Positions 19,663 to 30,279 of a stretch of DNA of 64,000 bases are shown piece by piece. Below the pieces are notes generated by a model, which worked only from the letters and a program-made list of their open reading frames with translations, made no database searches and had not been told where the DNA came from. Source of the DNA: a virus; IMG/VR virus record IMGVR_UViG_3300042868_009489. One strand, given 5' to 3'. Each line of letters starts with the position of its first letter. Positions within the stretch are counted from its first letter, which is position 1. A program made the translations under genes and the position numbers.

Positions 19663-20274
19663 ATGAATAAAAAAGTTAATCTATTTTCTTTAGATGTGCA
19701 CACCTGCTTGATCGATGGAATAGACAACGAATTAGTAGCAAAAGAAATAGAAGAATTTTCGGGTCAAGTTCCAGATATAAAAGATCCTCATCCCGCACAT
19801 ACTTTTTACGAAGATAGATATTACCCATTTGAAAAACCAGAATGCGCTAAACTCTTAGAAAAAATCACCGAGACAGTCAATACCATACTTGGAAAAGAAA
19901 TGGTTATGGATTCGGTTTGGACACTTACTCTTGAACGTGGTCAATCTGTGGTTGGTCATACCCATAAGGTTAACAATCAATTATTTCCATTGGATTATTA
20001 TTCAATATCCTACTACGTAAATGCCCCATCTGGAAGTGCGGAATTAATATTTTTGACACAATATTGTAACACAATAGAAAATGCAACTCCCATAAAACCT
20101 CAAACTGGAATGTTAACATTGTTTAATTCTTTTATACACCACATGACAAATCGTCATTATAGCGATGAAAAAAGAATAGTTATTAGTGCTAACTTTAGAC
20201 CATTAAAGGAAAATTTAACAATAAGTCCAGATTGGTCAGAATACGAAGTTCCTAAAATTATATTTAAGGATTAG
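19663..20274 (+). CDS. putative 2OG-Fe(II) oxygenase (TIGR02466-like)
   Basis: SVVGHTHKVNNQLFPLDYYSISYYVN...GMLTLFNSFIHHMTNRHYSDEKRIVISANF. Confidence 0.65.
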   Translation: MNKKVNLFSLDVHTCLIDGIDNELVAKEIEEFSGQVPDIKDPHPAHTFYEDRYYPFEKPECAKLLEKITETVNTILGKEMVMDSVWTLTLERGQSVVGHTHKVNNQLFPLDYYSISYYVNAPSGSAELIFLTQYCNTIENATPIKPQTGMLTLFNSFIHHMTNRHYSDEKRIVISANFRPLKENLTISPDWSEYEVPKIIFKD

Positions 20275-20341
20275 CCCATAGGAAAAAATGCGCTACTATA
20301 AAGTATATACATTTAAATAAAGTTATTTTAAGGAGAATACG

Positions 20342-21448
20342 ATGATTACAGAAGAAACCTATAAAGAATTTATTGGAAATATCAACATCAAGGATATGGA
20401 TCCAATAATGAATGCTCCGGATGTAGATTTTAACGCCGTAAATCACGTAGTTAAAACAAATTTTGACGCATTGCTGACCTGGGACTATTCGCTCGTACAC
20501 ACTCAGTTAAGAAAGCTTTATGAAAAAGCTAAGAACAATCAATGGAATGGAGAAACAGCTCTAGACTGGTCTATCCCCGTTGATCAAGAAAAAACACTAT
20601 TAGAAGACTATGCTAGATTTGGTACTAGTAGAGATCTATCGGTTTATGAAGGTAGCCCACTTGAAAAATGGGGCAGAAAAGAATGGATTGAGTTTGGTCT
20701 TGAAAGTAGGAAGTGGTTAATTTCTCAGTTTATTCATGGAGAGCAAGCAGCATTATTATGTGCTTCTAAGCAAGTAATGACCTGTCCATGGTATGACGGA
20801 AAACTATACGCAGCGACTCAGGTCGTAGATGAAGCTCGACATGTTGAGGTATTTGCAAAGTATGGTAATGAAAAACTTGGTGGCACATTGCCGTTTAATT
20901 GGCACATACAGAGTCTTGTGGACGATACGATTTCTGACAGCCGTTGGGACATAACATATCTCGGAATGCAAATCATGGTTGAGGGTTTAGGTCTTGGGTC
21001 AATGGCATATTTGCGTGAACTAACCAAAGAACCTCTATTAAAGCAGCTCCTTAGAAACGTAATGACGGATGAAGCCCGCCATATTTCTTTTGGTGTAATT
21101 ACATTAAAAGAAGTATATGCTCAAATGACAGATGCTGAAATTATGGAGCGCCAGGAATTCACCTATGAAGCAAGTATCAAAGTTGGAGAAAGAGTACTTC
21201 AACAAGAGGTATACGAAAAAATGGGAGTCAAAACAAAGGATATAGCTCCATTCCTACTCAACGACCCAGCACAAGCTTGGATACGCAAGATGCTTGCCGC
21301 AAAGATTGTCCCAAATGTGAGTAAGCTTGGGTTACTTGATAGAAACGGTGCATGGCTACGTAGAAAGTTTGAAGAAGCTGGCACAATAGAGTTTGAAAAC
21401 CTTGGAGAATCAGACGAGGAATTCTCTGCTTGGGTGCATACATTCTAA
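20342..21448 (+). CDS. ferritin-like diiron protein
   Basis: Two DEARH motifs: VVDEARHVEVFAKYGNE and VMTDEARHISFGV. Confidence 0.75.
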   Translation: MITEETYKEFIGNINIKDMDPIMNAPDVDFNAVNHVVKTNFDALLTWDYSLVHTQLRKLYEKAKNNQWNGETALDWSIPVDQEKTLLEDYARFGTSRDLSVYEGSPLEKWGRKEWIEFGLESRKWLISQFIHGEQAALLCASKQVMTCPWYDGKLYAATQVVDEARHVEVFAKYGNEKLGGTLPFNWHIQSLVDDTISDSRWDITYLGMQIMVEGLGLGSMAYLRELTKEPLLKQLLRNVMTDEARHISFGVITLKEVYAQMTDAEIMERQEFTYEASIKVGERVLQQEVYEKMGVKTKDIAPFLLNDPAQAWIRKMLAAKIVPNVSKLGLLDRNGAWLRRKFEEAGTIEFENLGESDEEFSAWVHTF

Positions 21449-22116
21449 GTATGAAAACACCCAATGACTATGATGTAGATACAGTTTATTCCTATCAAAG
21501 TCCTAAAGATCTAGAAAGATTTTATAACGATTGGGCTCATGAATATGATGATTATACAAAAGATGTAAATTACATTTTACCTGATCAAGTAGCTAAGATA
21601 TTTTTTGATACTATTTCCGTCGATAATCACATAGAAAAAAAAAGAAATAAAATATTAGACATAGGTTGTGGCACTGGTCTATTGGGAGAAAGTTTGTCTT
21701 CCATTAATGAAGATCTTTGGATTGAAGGGGCGGATATATCTTCTTCGATGATAAGAATAGCTTATCTAAAGCAGAGAAATAATTTTACACCAGTTTACGA
21801 CTGGATGATAACGGATGATCTGACTAATCCAAAATTGTTATTAGCAAAATATTATGATTACTTTATCAGTTCCGGAACATTTACCCTTGGTCATCTTGGT
21901 TCAGATGATTTTGTTAATTTATTAACCTATTTAAAATCAGAAGGTATTGCAGTTATATCTATAAAAGAAGATCATTTTATTAAAGATAATTTTGAACAAA
22001 TATTTGTAAAATTAGAAAATGATAAAACAATAAAAGATATAGTTTATTATAAGGTAAATTCTTACGATTCAGACTTTAAAGCAGCTTCGATAATTGTAAC
22101 CTTTAAAAAAATATAA
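21430..22116 (+). CDS. class I SAM-dependent methyltransferase
   Basis: RNKILDIGCGTGLLGESL...GADISSSMI. Confidence 0.8.
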   Translation: MGAYILSMKTPNDYDVDTVYSYQSPKDLERFYNDWAHEYDDYTKDVNYILPDQVAKIFFDTISVDNHIEKKRNKILDIGCGTGLLGESLSSINEDLWIEGADISSSMIRIAYLKQRNNFTPVYDWMITDDLTNPKLLLAKYYDYFISSGTFTLGHLGSDDFVNLLTYLKSEGIAVISIKEDHFIKDNFEQIFVKLENDKTIKDIVYYKVNSYDSDFKAASIIVTFKKI

Positions 22117-22129
22117 AACTTTTCTTATA

Positions 22130-22447
22130 TTAAGTATATGGGTTATATCTTGGATTCTTGTTGAAATTAAGACTCTGCCAACTGAAATTAGCTCTCATTC
22201 CAGCTCTTGCGGATACTGATTGAGGAGTAACCGTTGACCCCAATCCAGCTGATTCTACTTTTTGTAAACCTTTAATCCCAACCCTAGCTTGACGCATACC
22301 GGGTCCTCTAAACCTTGGATCTATTGCTCTTGGGTCAGAAACAGTTGCGCGTTGGAATTTATTTAAACGAAAATTACCACTGGATACAATTCCACCAGAA
22401 ACAATACCTGGGTCATTTAGCCCACCATGTCTAATTGGATCTCTCAT
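22130..22447 (-). CDS. hypothetical protein
   Basis: 105 aa ORF on minus strand. Confidence 0.4.
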   Translation of the reverse strand: MRDPIRHGGLNDPGIVSGGIVSSGNFRLNKFQRATVSDPRAIDPRFRGPGMRQARVGIKGLQKVESAGLGSTVTPQSVSARAGMRANFSWQSLNFNKNPRYNPYT

Positions 22448-22479
22448 AATCTATATAGTAACGGTTACTATGTATCATT

Positions 22480-23894
22480 ATGGCAAAGACTCAAAGAATA
22501 AATGATTTTACTATAAATCTTGGTAGATCATCTCGACGCAACGTTCATACAGAGATGCTCGAATCTGCGCAGAAACTTGTTGATCAAGCTGATATCAGTA
22601 ATCTAAGTCTTCAGTTTGAGCGTGGTGGAGCACCACTTGGTAATCCTGTTTTAGGAAAAATGGTTGGTAAGAGAACTGCTATTTCTATAGTTGCTGATAA
22701 AAAATTAAAAAAATATGGTTTAAAAGAACTAGCAGATTCAGCTCGCCGGATACCAAATAGAACTTTCTGGTGCAAAAAGAGAAAATGCATTAAAGCTCTT
22801 AAGAAGACAAGGTATCAAACTACAAGATCCACAGGCTATTAATTCATTTATATTTTTAAATGAAGAATTATTTCAAAATACAAATAAAGGAACAAAAGTA
22901 CAAAAACTTGCAACTTCTGTACACACTATTTTTCACGAACTTGGTCACGCATTTAGCGGATTAGCTGGAACAAAAAAAGAAGATTATAAACTAGTAAATA
23001 GTTTAGCCGAATTGACGACTCAAGACCCAAGTTTGTCTTATGAAAGCATCGCCAGAGCAAACACAAATGCTTTAAAATATCACGCATTTGAAGAAGCTAG
23101 AGCAGACAGTGTTGGATTTGTTCTGACTAATAGGACACACCTTAGGGAATATGTGTCAGAAAACTTATCGCTAGGAGGATATTCTCCATTAGGTGGTGGA
23201 TTTAAATCAGCCTATAACGATCCTAGATATAGAGGACACGTAGAAGATTTAATGCGAGAAGTCTCGAATAGGGATATTGCATCAGGCATGCCAGAAGATA
23301 TAGCCGATCAATTATTTAGCGAGAATATTTTGAGATCACGAAGAGACGCATTGATTGGAGCTCACACAACATATCATTCTACGCTATCTGTGCCGGACGC
23401 TTATTCGGGTAAACTAAAAATAGAACAAGCACAAGTAATTGACGACACAATCCAGAGAATACAGACTTCAATAGATCCGGGTTCAATCCTGCAATATAAA
23501 ACTTCGTTGCTAAATGCAGCTGCAGATAATTCTGCCGGAGTATCCTTAAGTCCAGTTCTTGGTTCTGGATTACCAGATGCTGATTTGGTTAATTTCTTCA
23601 ACAAAAGAAATGCTGCTACCTCTGAAGGCTTTAGGCATGCTGCTGACTACTTAAGATCGTCTTCTTTAGACACCATAGATAGAACAAGTGAATTAATAGC
23701 GCAGGCTTCACTTTCTTCTGAAAGCATTCTTCCTGAAATAGCACAAGATTCAGCTCAAGCGGCGAGAGCAGTCATTAGCTCGACTGTAGATAACGCTTTA
23801 TCAGTAGCGGAAGCACCTATCCTCAGGTCTGCAAGCAGAACATCTTCAAGAATAATAAAGCGGAATGGAAACTGCTTTTAAGTTAGTTAGATAA
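22480..23894 (+). CDS. HExxH zinc metalloprotease-like phage protein, recoded (CGGA at 22747 and 23861)
   Basis: Frame 1 ends prematurely at 22842. Quadruplet reading at 22747 gives ...ELADSAR-G-YQIELSGAKRENALKLLRRQGIKLQDPQAINSFIFLNEELFQNTNKGTKVQKLATSVHTIFHELGHAFSG.... Length 1415 = 3x471+2. Confidence 0.75.
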
Positions 23895-23905
23895 GGAAAT
23901 TTAAA

Positions 23906-25408
23906 ATGGCAGCTTTGGGTGATCCAACAGAAGTAGATAGACTTGCTCTTCAAATTGAAGCACTGCGTGGTGAAATAAGCTCTTTAGAGATGCACAACAA
24001 CGCCATAAAAAAAATTGAATCATATAATACAAAAGATTTAACTAGATTCAAAAAAGATTATAAAGCACGTGCTTTAGTGCAAGCAGAAGCTCTTAGGGCT
24101 GAACTAGAAGGACGCGGAGTAAGGCACATGGGGGTTCCTCCAGCTTCGAAAACCCAGACTACTGTTAGCGGACAAAAATTTAAAGGAGGAAGAGGCGGAG
24201 AATGGGACGCCTTTAACAATTTGCATGCTAAAGAAAAGGCTCGATTAAGAAAAAATTGGACCATTGAAGGCGGATATGCTCCTGACCAAATGGCTTTAGA
24301 AATGGGAGCCGATTCTTCTGATCAAGCTTTTTCAGAGTTTATTCGTCGCACTAGAGAAATAGATATGTTGGAATACTACGGGAAAACCGGTAGATTACCT
24401 AAAAACTATGCAGCGTACGGTGGCCGCTATCCTATAGATGGTCCTTCTATAACTAATACAAGTTCCCATATAGACTTAAGAATTTTACATGATTCAGATT
24501 TAAAACCTACAGAACAGTTAGCATATCTTAAAGAAGAATTAATTATTGATGCACAGAATGAAGCAGATAGGTACGGTAATCTTCCAAATGGAATACGCCC
24601 AATAGAAGACGCTGTTTCTGAAAATTATAAATTACAAGATCTGCATAAAGCCCATGTACAAGCTATGGATCAACACCTTTCGGGTGTAGTAGAAACTACA
24701 GCACCAATACCCTCCAAAGAAGAATTAAGACGACTTTTAGACAAGGGCTTCTTAAATCTAACAAAAGAAGAAGACTTAATTGTTAACTCTCCTGATCCAA
24801 TAACGGTTAGATTAAGAGCAGAAATTAAAGCTGATAGATTAAACGAATCAAGTTCTTTAACACCAAAAACTCAAGCTCAAGTAAACAAAGAAGCGGCAAT
24901 CGCAAGAGGAAAAACTAGTAAACCAACTCAAGCTAAACCCCAGTCCACTCTTAGGGCTGGTACACTCGTTCCACAAAGAATAACACCAGCACAAACTCAA
25001 GCACAGATAAACCTAGAGGCAGCAAGGGCAAGAGGTATGGCTGCGGGTCCGGCAGATGAAGCTGTGGAATATGCAGAGAAAGCTGCAGGTTCGGTAGATG
25101 AAGCTGCGAAGTATGCGTTCAAAGAGGCGTCTGATTATTTTGATGATTCTTATTTTGACAGTCTTATCGATGATACTGTAGCAACTATATCTTCTAGTGC
25201 AAAAACAGCTGGTGCCTCTAGGGGAGCTAGTGCCGCTTCTGCTGTAGCCGGAAAGGCTCCTACTGCCACTAGAGCAAGCGCTACATTGAGTAGTGCTGTC
25301 TCCAAAGGTGGTAAAAACGCTCATCTAAATTTGAAGACTGCAGCAGCAGCTTCTGCCCTTGGACTAGCTGGTGGCTATGTTGCCAATAGGAAAAGAACAA
25401 GGAGATAA
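23906..25408 (+). CDS. large Ala/Thr-rich hypothetical, possibly structural
   Basis: 500 aa ORF with low-complexity C-terminus. Confidence 0.6.
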   Translation: MAALGDPTEVDRLALQIEALRGEISSLEMHNNAIKKIESYNTKDLTRFKKDYKARALVQAEALRAELEGRGVRHMGVPPASKTQTTVSGQKFKGGRGGEWDAFNNLHAKEKARLRKNWTIEGGYAPDQMALEMGADSSDQAFSEFIRRTREIDMLEYYGKTGRLPKNYAAYGGRYPIDGPSITNTSSHIDLRILHDSDLKPTEQLAYLKEELIIDAQNEADRYGNLPNGIRPIEDAVSENYKLQDLHKAHVQAMDQHLSGVVETTAPIPSKEELRRLLDKGFLNLTKEEDLIVNSPDPITVRLRAEIKADRLNESSSLTPKTQAQVNKEAAIARGKTSKPTQAKPQSTLRAGTLVPQRITPAQTQAQINLEAARARGMAAGPADEAVEYAEKAAGSVDEAAKYAFKEASDYFDDSYFDSLIDDTVATISSSAKTAGASRGASAASAVAGKAPTATRASATLSSAVSKGGKNAHLNLKTAAAASALGLAGGYVANRKRTRR

Positions 25409-25448
25409 TTAACAGATAGGCTATTACTATACCTCCGACACTAAGGAG

Positions 25449-25670
25449 GTGGTTATGGCAGGGAAAAAGCCCGCAAAAGTTAGTTCTTCAAATAAGGTAA
25501 ATCAACCAGTGCAGCCTGGTAAATTAGTTAAATATATTGGCGCATACAAAGGCGTGTTTCATACTTGTCCAACTTGCGCAAGTAAAGTAGGAAAAGGTCT
25601 ACTTTACGAGCACAAAGACACTATGTACTGCAAAAGGACTTGCATACCAAAAGCTGAAGTGGTACTATAA
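25449..25670 (+). CDS. zinc-ribbon-like small protein
   Basis: HTCPTCASK and MYCKRTC. Confidence 0.55.
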   Translation: MVMAGKKPAKVSSSNKVNQPVQPGKLVKYIGAYKGVFHTCPTCASKVGKGLLYEHKDTMYCKRTCIPKAEVVL

Positions 25671-25674
25671 TAAT

Positions 25675-26055
25675 ATGGAAAATTATTGGCTCTCTGATGT
25701 TAACTATCAAAAATCTGTAGTTAAAAATATTAATGAGATGAGAGATCAGCGCATGCAAGGCACCGTCGCTCCAGCTGAGAGAGAATTCGCTGATTCTTTA
25801 TTAGCAATCGTAAAAAAATACGGCAAGCTTTCGAATAACGACGGTAATGGAATTTGGGTTGGGTACGTTCCTGAATCAGAAAATGAAAATTACGAAATTG
25901 GAGTACGTTGCGAAAACTGCATTCTTCATGAATCAAAATCAGTTTGTAAAATTGTTAAACAGAGGATTCAACCGGGAGGCTATTGCAGGTTGGCGGCTAT
26001 ACCTGATGGAGTTGTGGGATCCTCTCAAGACGACGAAGATTCAGATGAAGAATAA
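25675..26055 (+). CDS. cysteine-containing hypothetical protein
   Basis: VRCENCILHESKSVCKIV...GGYCRLAAI. Confidence 0.6.
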   Translation: MENYWLSDVNYQKSVVKNINEMRDQRMQGTVAPAEREFADSLLAIVKKYGKLSNNDGNGIWVGYVPESENENYEIGVRCENCILHESKSVCKIVKQRIQPGGYCRLAAIPDGVVGSSQDDEDSDEE

Positions 26056-26064
26056 ACCTACAAT

Positions 26065-26919
26065 ATGGAACAGCAAGATAATAATTTAGCGCCTATTGAC
26101 AAAGATGACATCCAATTTTTATCCAAACGTAATCAAAAGCGTTTCAATAAACTTATACCACAATTAGATCAAAAATTTAAAGAACTTGAAAATGAAAATC
26201 AATCTTTAAAAAATCAAGCATCTTTACTTAGTTCTGAATTGGAAGCTACTAGAACTCCTGAGATTATAGAGAATAAGATACTTGTATCTGATTATGATAA
26301 AGCCCATAAAGAATACTTAAAAGCTCAGATAGATAGTGAAGAGACAGAAAAACAACTTGCTCCACACTCATCTTCTGTTTCTGATTACGGTTCTGAGATA
26401 ATATGGTTTTCAGTTATCATAGGTTTAGTGTTTGACTTCCTTTTGTGGAAAGATATATTTGCCGGTAAATTTGGAGCTGATGCTTGGGCAGAAAGAGCAG
26501 AGAGAGCTTCTGCAATTATCCTGTCTTTTTCTTACGCCTTTGTATGTTCTCAGCTAGGTTCGTCTTATGCTATTAAAATGTTATCTAAAAAAAGATCTCA
26601 ATCTAATAACTTAAAAGAGATTGAAGTATATAGAAAATCTACAGCTAAAGATACTTTAGGTATTAATGTCTTTTTGTTTTCTTTACTCACGATATTATCA
26701 ACTGCAGCTAGATTTACTGAAGATTCATTAGTATTCTTAGATAAATTTGTGCTATCCTTAGCTGCTACAAGTATCGGCTTGGTTATTTCTGCTATAGCTT
26801 ACTGGTATACTGATGTATACGATCACTATATAAAAGCAGCTAAAAATAAAGAGACAAAAGCCAAGAAAAATTTTCAACGCTTAAATAAACAAGTAAGGAA
26901 AAATACTTATGATAAATAA
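26065..26919 (+). CDS. coiled-coil membrane protein
   Basis: Coiled coil followed by several hydrophobic segments. Confidence 0.6.
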   Translation: MEQQDNNLAPIDKDDIQFLSKRNQKRFNKLIPQLDQKFKELENENQSLKNQASLLSSELEATRTPEIIENKILVSDYDKAHKEYLKAQIDSEETEKQLAPHSSSVSDYGSEIIWFSVIIGLVFDFLLWKDIFAGKFGADAWAERAERASAIILSFSYAFVCSQLGSSYAIKMLSKKRSQSNNLKEIEVYRKSTAKDTLGINVFLFSLLTILSTAARFTEDSLVFLDKFVLSLAATSIGLVISAIAYWYTDVYDHYIKAAKNKETKAKKNFQRLNKQVRKNTYDK

Positions 26920-27394
26920 TATTAGAAAAACCGCAGTGAGAGTAGCGGTTATGTCGGTGATGCTAGCTATCTTGTCTTACATTTTTTGGCCTGAAGCCAA
27001 AGTTACTGACACTGTGTCTGAAGTAACTACTACTTTAGCCATAGTTGCCGATCCCCCATGTTTAGTCCTTTACCAGAAAGACAAGGATATACCGGTTTTT
27101 GATGAAACTGCATGTGTATCTACTTATGTCGATAAGTACAAAGCTGGATATTATTCAATCCTCAATGTGGTATGTAGATCATCTAGTGATGGTCAAAATA
27201 TTAATAGAAACGACCTATCTGAAAAAAGAACAAAAACCCTTCAGTTTATATTATTAGAAAAGGGAATTGCTTATGCGGATATATCTACTAGATCATTAGG
27301 AGATGCATCGCCGTACCCTGGAATAGACCCAGAAAGCGAAGATGGTAAGATACTAAATAGATCTTGTGAGATCACTGGTACTATTAAGCCATGA
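26909..27394 (+). CDS. membrane-anchored OmpA-like C-terminal domain protein
   Basis: N-terminal TM, then LSEKRTKTLQFILLEKGI...ISTRSLGDASP...NRSCEI. Confidence 0.5.
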   Translation: MINNIRKTAVRVAVMSVMLAILSYIFWPEAKVTDTVSEVTTTLAIVADPPCLVLYQKDKDIPVFDETACVSTYVDKYKAGYYSILNVVCRSSSDGQNINRNDLSEKRTKTLQFILLEKGIAYADISTRSLGDASPYPGIDPESEDGKILNRSCEITGTIKP

Positions 27395-27636
27395 GAGTAT
27401 GGATTGACCAAGACCTATGTACTGGAGATGGACTATGCGCAGAGATAGCACCAGATGTATTCCATATGATGCCAGATGGTCTTGCGTATGTAAAAGAAGG
27501 GGACAAGATTTATGCGGCCGCTGTGGGGAACCCAGAAGGCGCAGCTGGTTTAGCCTCTTTCGCAGAAGATAGACTACAAGATGTTATTGAATCCGCCGAG
27601 GAATGCCCCGGCGAATGCATCTTCATCGAGCCGTAA
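27391..27636 (+). CDS. small ferredoxin
   Basis: VWIDQDLCTGDGLCAEIAPDVF...ESAEECPGECIFIEP. Confidence 0.85.
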   Translation: MRVWIDQDLCTGDGLCAEIAPDVFHMMPDGLAYVKEGDKIYAAAVGNPEGAAGLASFAEDRLQDVIESAEECPGECIFIEP

Positions 27637-27647
27637 AGGAAAATGGT

Positions 27648-27800
27648 ATGAATAAAGAAAATTTTTATGACCCCGAAAAACCAGAAGAATATGTCTATGA
27701 CCCTGAATCTGCAATTGACTATGATCTATTCTTTAAAAATTTGTGGGAAAAAGAAGACAATTTTTTAAAGTCTGTTGGTGTTGAAACCGATAACAAGTAG
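27648..27800 (+). CDS. hypothetical acidic protein
   Basis: Start at MNKENFYDPEKP after an AAAGG ribosome-binding-like site. Confidence 0.5.
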   Translation: MNKENFYDPEKPEEYVYDPESAIDYDLFFKNLWEKEDNFLKSVGVETDNK

Positions 27801-28707
27801 CCATGCTTATTATGATATAATTACAAGTATGCTTAATGACAATATGGAAATACACAACTTAAGTGGTGGAGCTGTTCTGTTTAAGAATGCTATAAATATA
27901 CCACAAGACGAAATTATTCCGTATTTACAAAATCGCCAAGAAACATATAAAAAGAAAAATTTTACAATTGTCAACGATGAGAGTGGAAATCCAAGCCACG
28001 CAGTTAACGAAGGTGGATTCCGTTATGAGTTGGAAGATATAGATATTGCTCCAATCAGAATTCAACAACTAGATCATCCATTTTTTAGAACATGCGAAGA
28101 AGCTTTATATCAAGCTTTAATTAGATACATAGAAATATTTCCCGCTTTACTCCAATGTATTTGGTGGAAAAGTGCTGGACACGTTCTCTGTTACAATACG
28201 GGCGCAAAGCTTGGTTTTCACTGTGACAATGATGTTAACTACACTTATGAAAATCCACCAAAGAAAGAACATGCAACAAGAAATGTGGTTAGTGCATTAA
28301 TATATTTTAATGATTGCGTAGAAGGAGAAGATGAAACTAAAGAGTATTCATTCTCTGGTGGGCATATGACACTTCCTTATTGTGATGTGGATATTAAACC
28401 CGCAGCTGGTGATATATTCTTGATGCCTGCTAATTATCTTGGTGCTCATGAAATTCATAAAGTAACTAGCGGATCTAGGTACTCCTATCTTGGTTGGTAT
28501 GCTCAAGGTTCTGAGCACCCAGAAAAAGGAATAAATCCTAATGAGCCACAAGAAACAAATTTTGTAGACGGTCAATGGTGGATGCCTACAATTGTCGAAG
28601 ACTATGAAAGATATATAACGGAAAAATACTCAGAACCTGGTAAGATTCCAAAAAATCTAATGCCTTTTTCTAGTAGAAAAAAAGAAAACTATTCTTATGA
28701 TAGCTAG
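27775..28707 (+). CDS. 2OG-Fe(II) oxygenase
   Basis: LGFHCDNDV, YFNDC...FSGGHMTLPYCDVDIKPAAGDIFLMPANYLGAHEIHKVTSGSRY; true start may be downstream of 27775. Confidence 0.75.
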   Translation: MVLKPITSSHAYYDIITSMLNDNMEIHNLSGGAVLFKNAINIPQDEIIPYLQNRQETYKKKNFTIVNDESGNPSHAVNEGGFRYELEDIDIAPIRIQQLDHPFFRTCEEALYQALIRYIEIFPALLQCIWWKSAGHVLCYNTGAKLGFHCDNDVNYTYENPPKKEHATRNVVSALIYFNDCVEGEDETKEYSFSGGHMTLPYCDVDIKPAAGDIFLMPANYLGAHEIHKVTSGSRYSYLGWYAQGSEHPEKGINPNEPQETNFVDGQWWMPTIVEDYERYITEKYSEPGKIPKNLMPFSSRKKENYSYDS

Positions 28708-29411
28708 TGTTAATAATATACATAGAATAAAAAATTTTTTATCTCGAGAAGAAATAACAGTTTTTACTGATCATATTGATAATTCTTCTTTTTTTCAAGA
28801 CAATAATATGGTTAGTGTAATGCAGCCGATAAGCTACGCTTCTCCAATAAATAATATTGTAGAAAAATATAAGCAGACGTTAATATCAAATATCGAATTT
28901 AACTTTGGGGAAGATATTCTAGAAGTAACTAATACCTGCATTAGAAAATGGTATCCTCGGAGAATATCAAGATCCACATGCGGATTGTGAAGCTAGGTTT
29001 TTTACAACACAAGAAGAGCAGTATATTAGCGTAAGATCAGAATCGTTTAATAATTTTTCCTCACTGTTTATTGAGTATGGCGCATTAACTTATCTTAACG
29101 ATGATTATGAAGGGGGAGAAATTTATTTCCCAGAGTATGATCTTGTAATTAAACCGGAAGTTGGAGAATTAATATTTTTTCCCGGAACAAATAGATACAT
29201 ACATGGTGTAAAAGAAGTTACTAAGGGAAATAGACTGGTGCTTCAAAGTTTTTTATCAAGTTTTAAACTTAAATATTTATGGGACAATTTTGTTACGCCA
29301 AATATACCTATTAATTATATAGATAAAACTTCTCAATCATATAATTATGAAAAAAATAATTTTAGTAGAGATAATATCCCATTAATATTTAAAAACTGGG
29401 GATCAATTTAA
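28697..29411 (+). CDS. 2OG-Fe(II) oxygenase, recoded (CGGA at 28958)
   Basis: 0-frame stops at 28990. Quadruplet reading gives NTCIRKWYP-G-EYQDPHADCEARFFTTQEEQ...LTYLNDDYEGGEIYFPEYDLVIKPEVGELIFFPGTNRYIHGVKEVTKGNRLVLQSF. Length 715 = 3x238+1. Confidence 0.8.
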
Positions 29412-29426
29412 TGAAACAAAAGGACA

Positions 29427-30224
29427 ATGGTAATGCAAAAAGAACTATGTAACCCAAATAATATAGTAGTTATAGACAATTTTATGGACCTAGAAGATGT
29501 AAAGACTATAGATAGTCTATGTAGAGCTTCTTTAGAGGATCCGACCTTACAAGAATGGTGGTATAACAAACTTCCTGGAGAAGACTATACGCAGTATGCA
29601 AAGGGGTCATATAAGGATAAATGTCTAGAATATGTTGGTCCAGACTACCATGCTAATAAGCATCCGTTGCTAAAGAAATACATGGATAAAGTCGCTGCAT
29701 TGGTAACATATGAAGTTGGCAGACGAGTTGTTCCAATGTTTACATTTAATAGGCACCAGACATTATGTACTGGTATGTGTCCTGGCCACTCGGACTCTGA
29801 AGGAATGGGACCAAATGGAATTGATTTTATGCCAGAGTATTCACCAGATCATATTTACGAACCAGCTATTATAGAATTTTCGGCTAACATATACGTAAAT
29901 AATGACTATGAAGGTGGACAGTTATGCTTCCCTGAATACGATATCGAAATACAGCATACTCCTGGTCAGCTTGTCTGGTTTCCTGGTAACTTACATTTTG
30001 TTCATTCGGTAAATAAAATCACATCTGGAAATAGATGGAATTTATTAACTCATTTAGCTAGACCTAAATTAATAGAAATGCACAGTTACTTACATAATCT
30101 TTGGCAGGTGATGACACCTGAACAGAAGGCGTTGTTCCCCGAAAGCTGGAGTACCGAAGGGGAAATGGCTAGAGGAATCTCTGAAAACAACTTAGAATAC
30201 CTATATCCGGATTTAAAAAAATAA
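29427..30224 (+). CDS. 2OG-Fe(II) oxygenase
   Basis: NIYVNNDYEGGQLCFPEYDIEIQHTPGQLVWFPGNLHFVHSVNKITSGNRW. Confidence 0.75.
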   Translation: MVMQKELCNPNNIVVIDNFMDLEDVKTIDSLCRASLEDPTLQEWWYNKLPGEDYTQYAKGSYKDKCLEYVGPDYHANKHPLLKKYMDKVAALVTYEVGRRVVPMFTFNRHQTLCTGMCPGHSDSEGMGPNGIDFMPEYSPDHIYEPAIIEFSANIYVNNDYEGGQLCFPEYDIEIQHTPGQLVWFPGNLHFVHSVNKITSGNRWNLLTHLARPKLIEMHSYLHNLWQVMTPEQKALFPESWSTEGEMARGISENNLEYLYPDLKK

Positions 30225-30279
30225 TAAAAAACCTAGATTGTGGTACTATATAGATATTATTTAAAAAAGGACTAATACA

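Noticed and set aside
22747-22772. Shift at ACT-TTC-TGG, as if this gene used a different signal
   Set aside because: First suspected from the ORF boundary. The CGGA 15 nt upstream gives an open +1 frame (GYQIELSGAKREN), so the same signal explains it.
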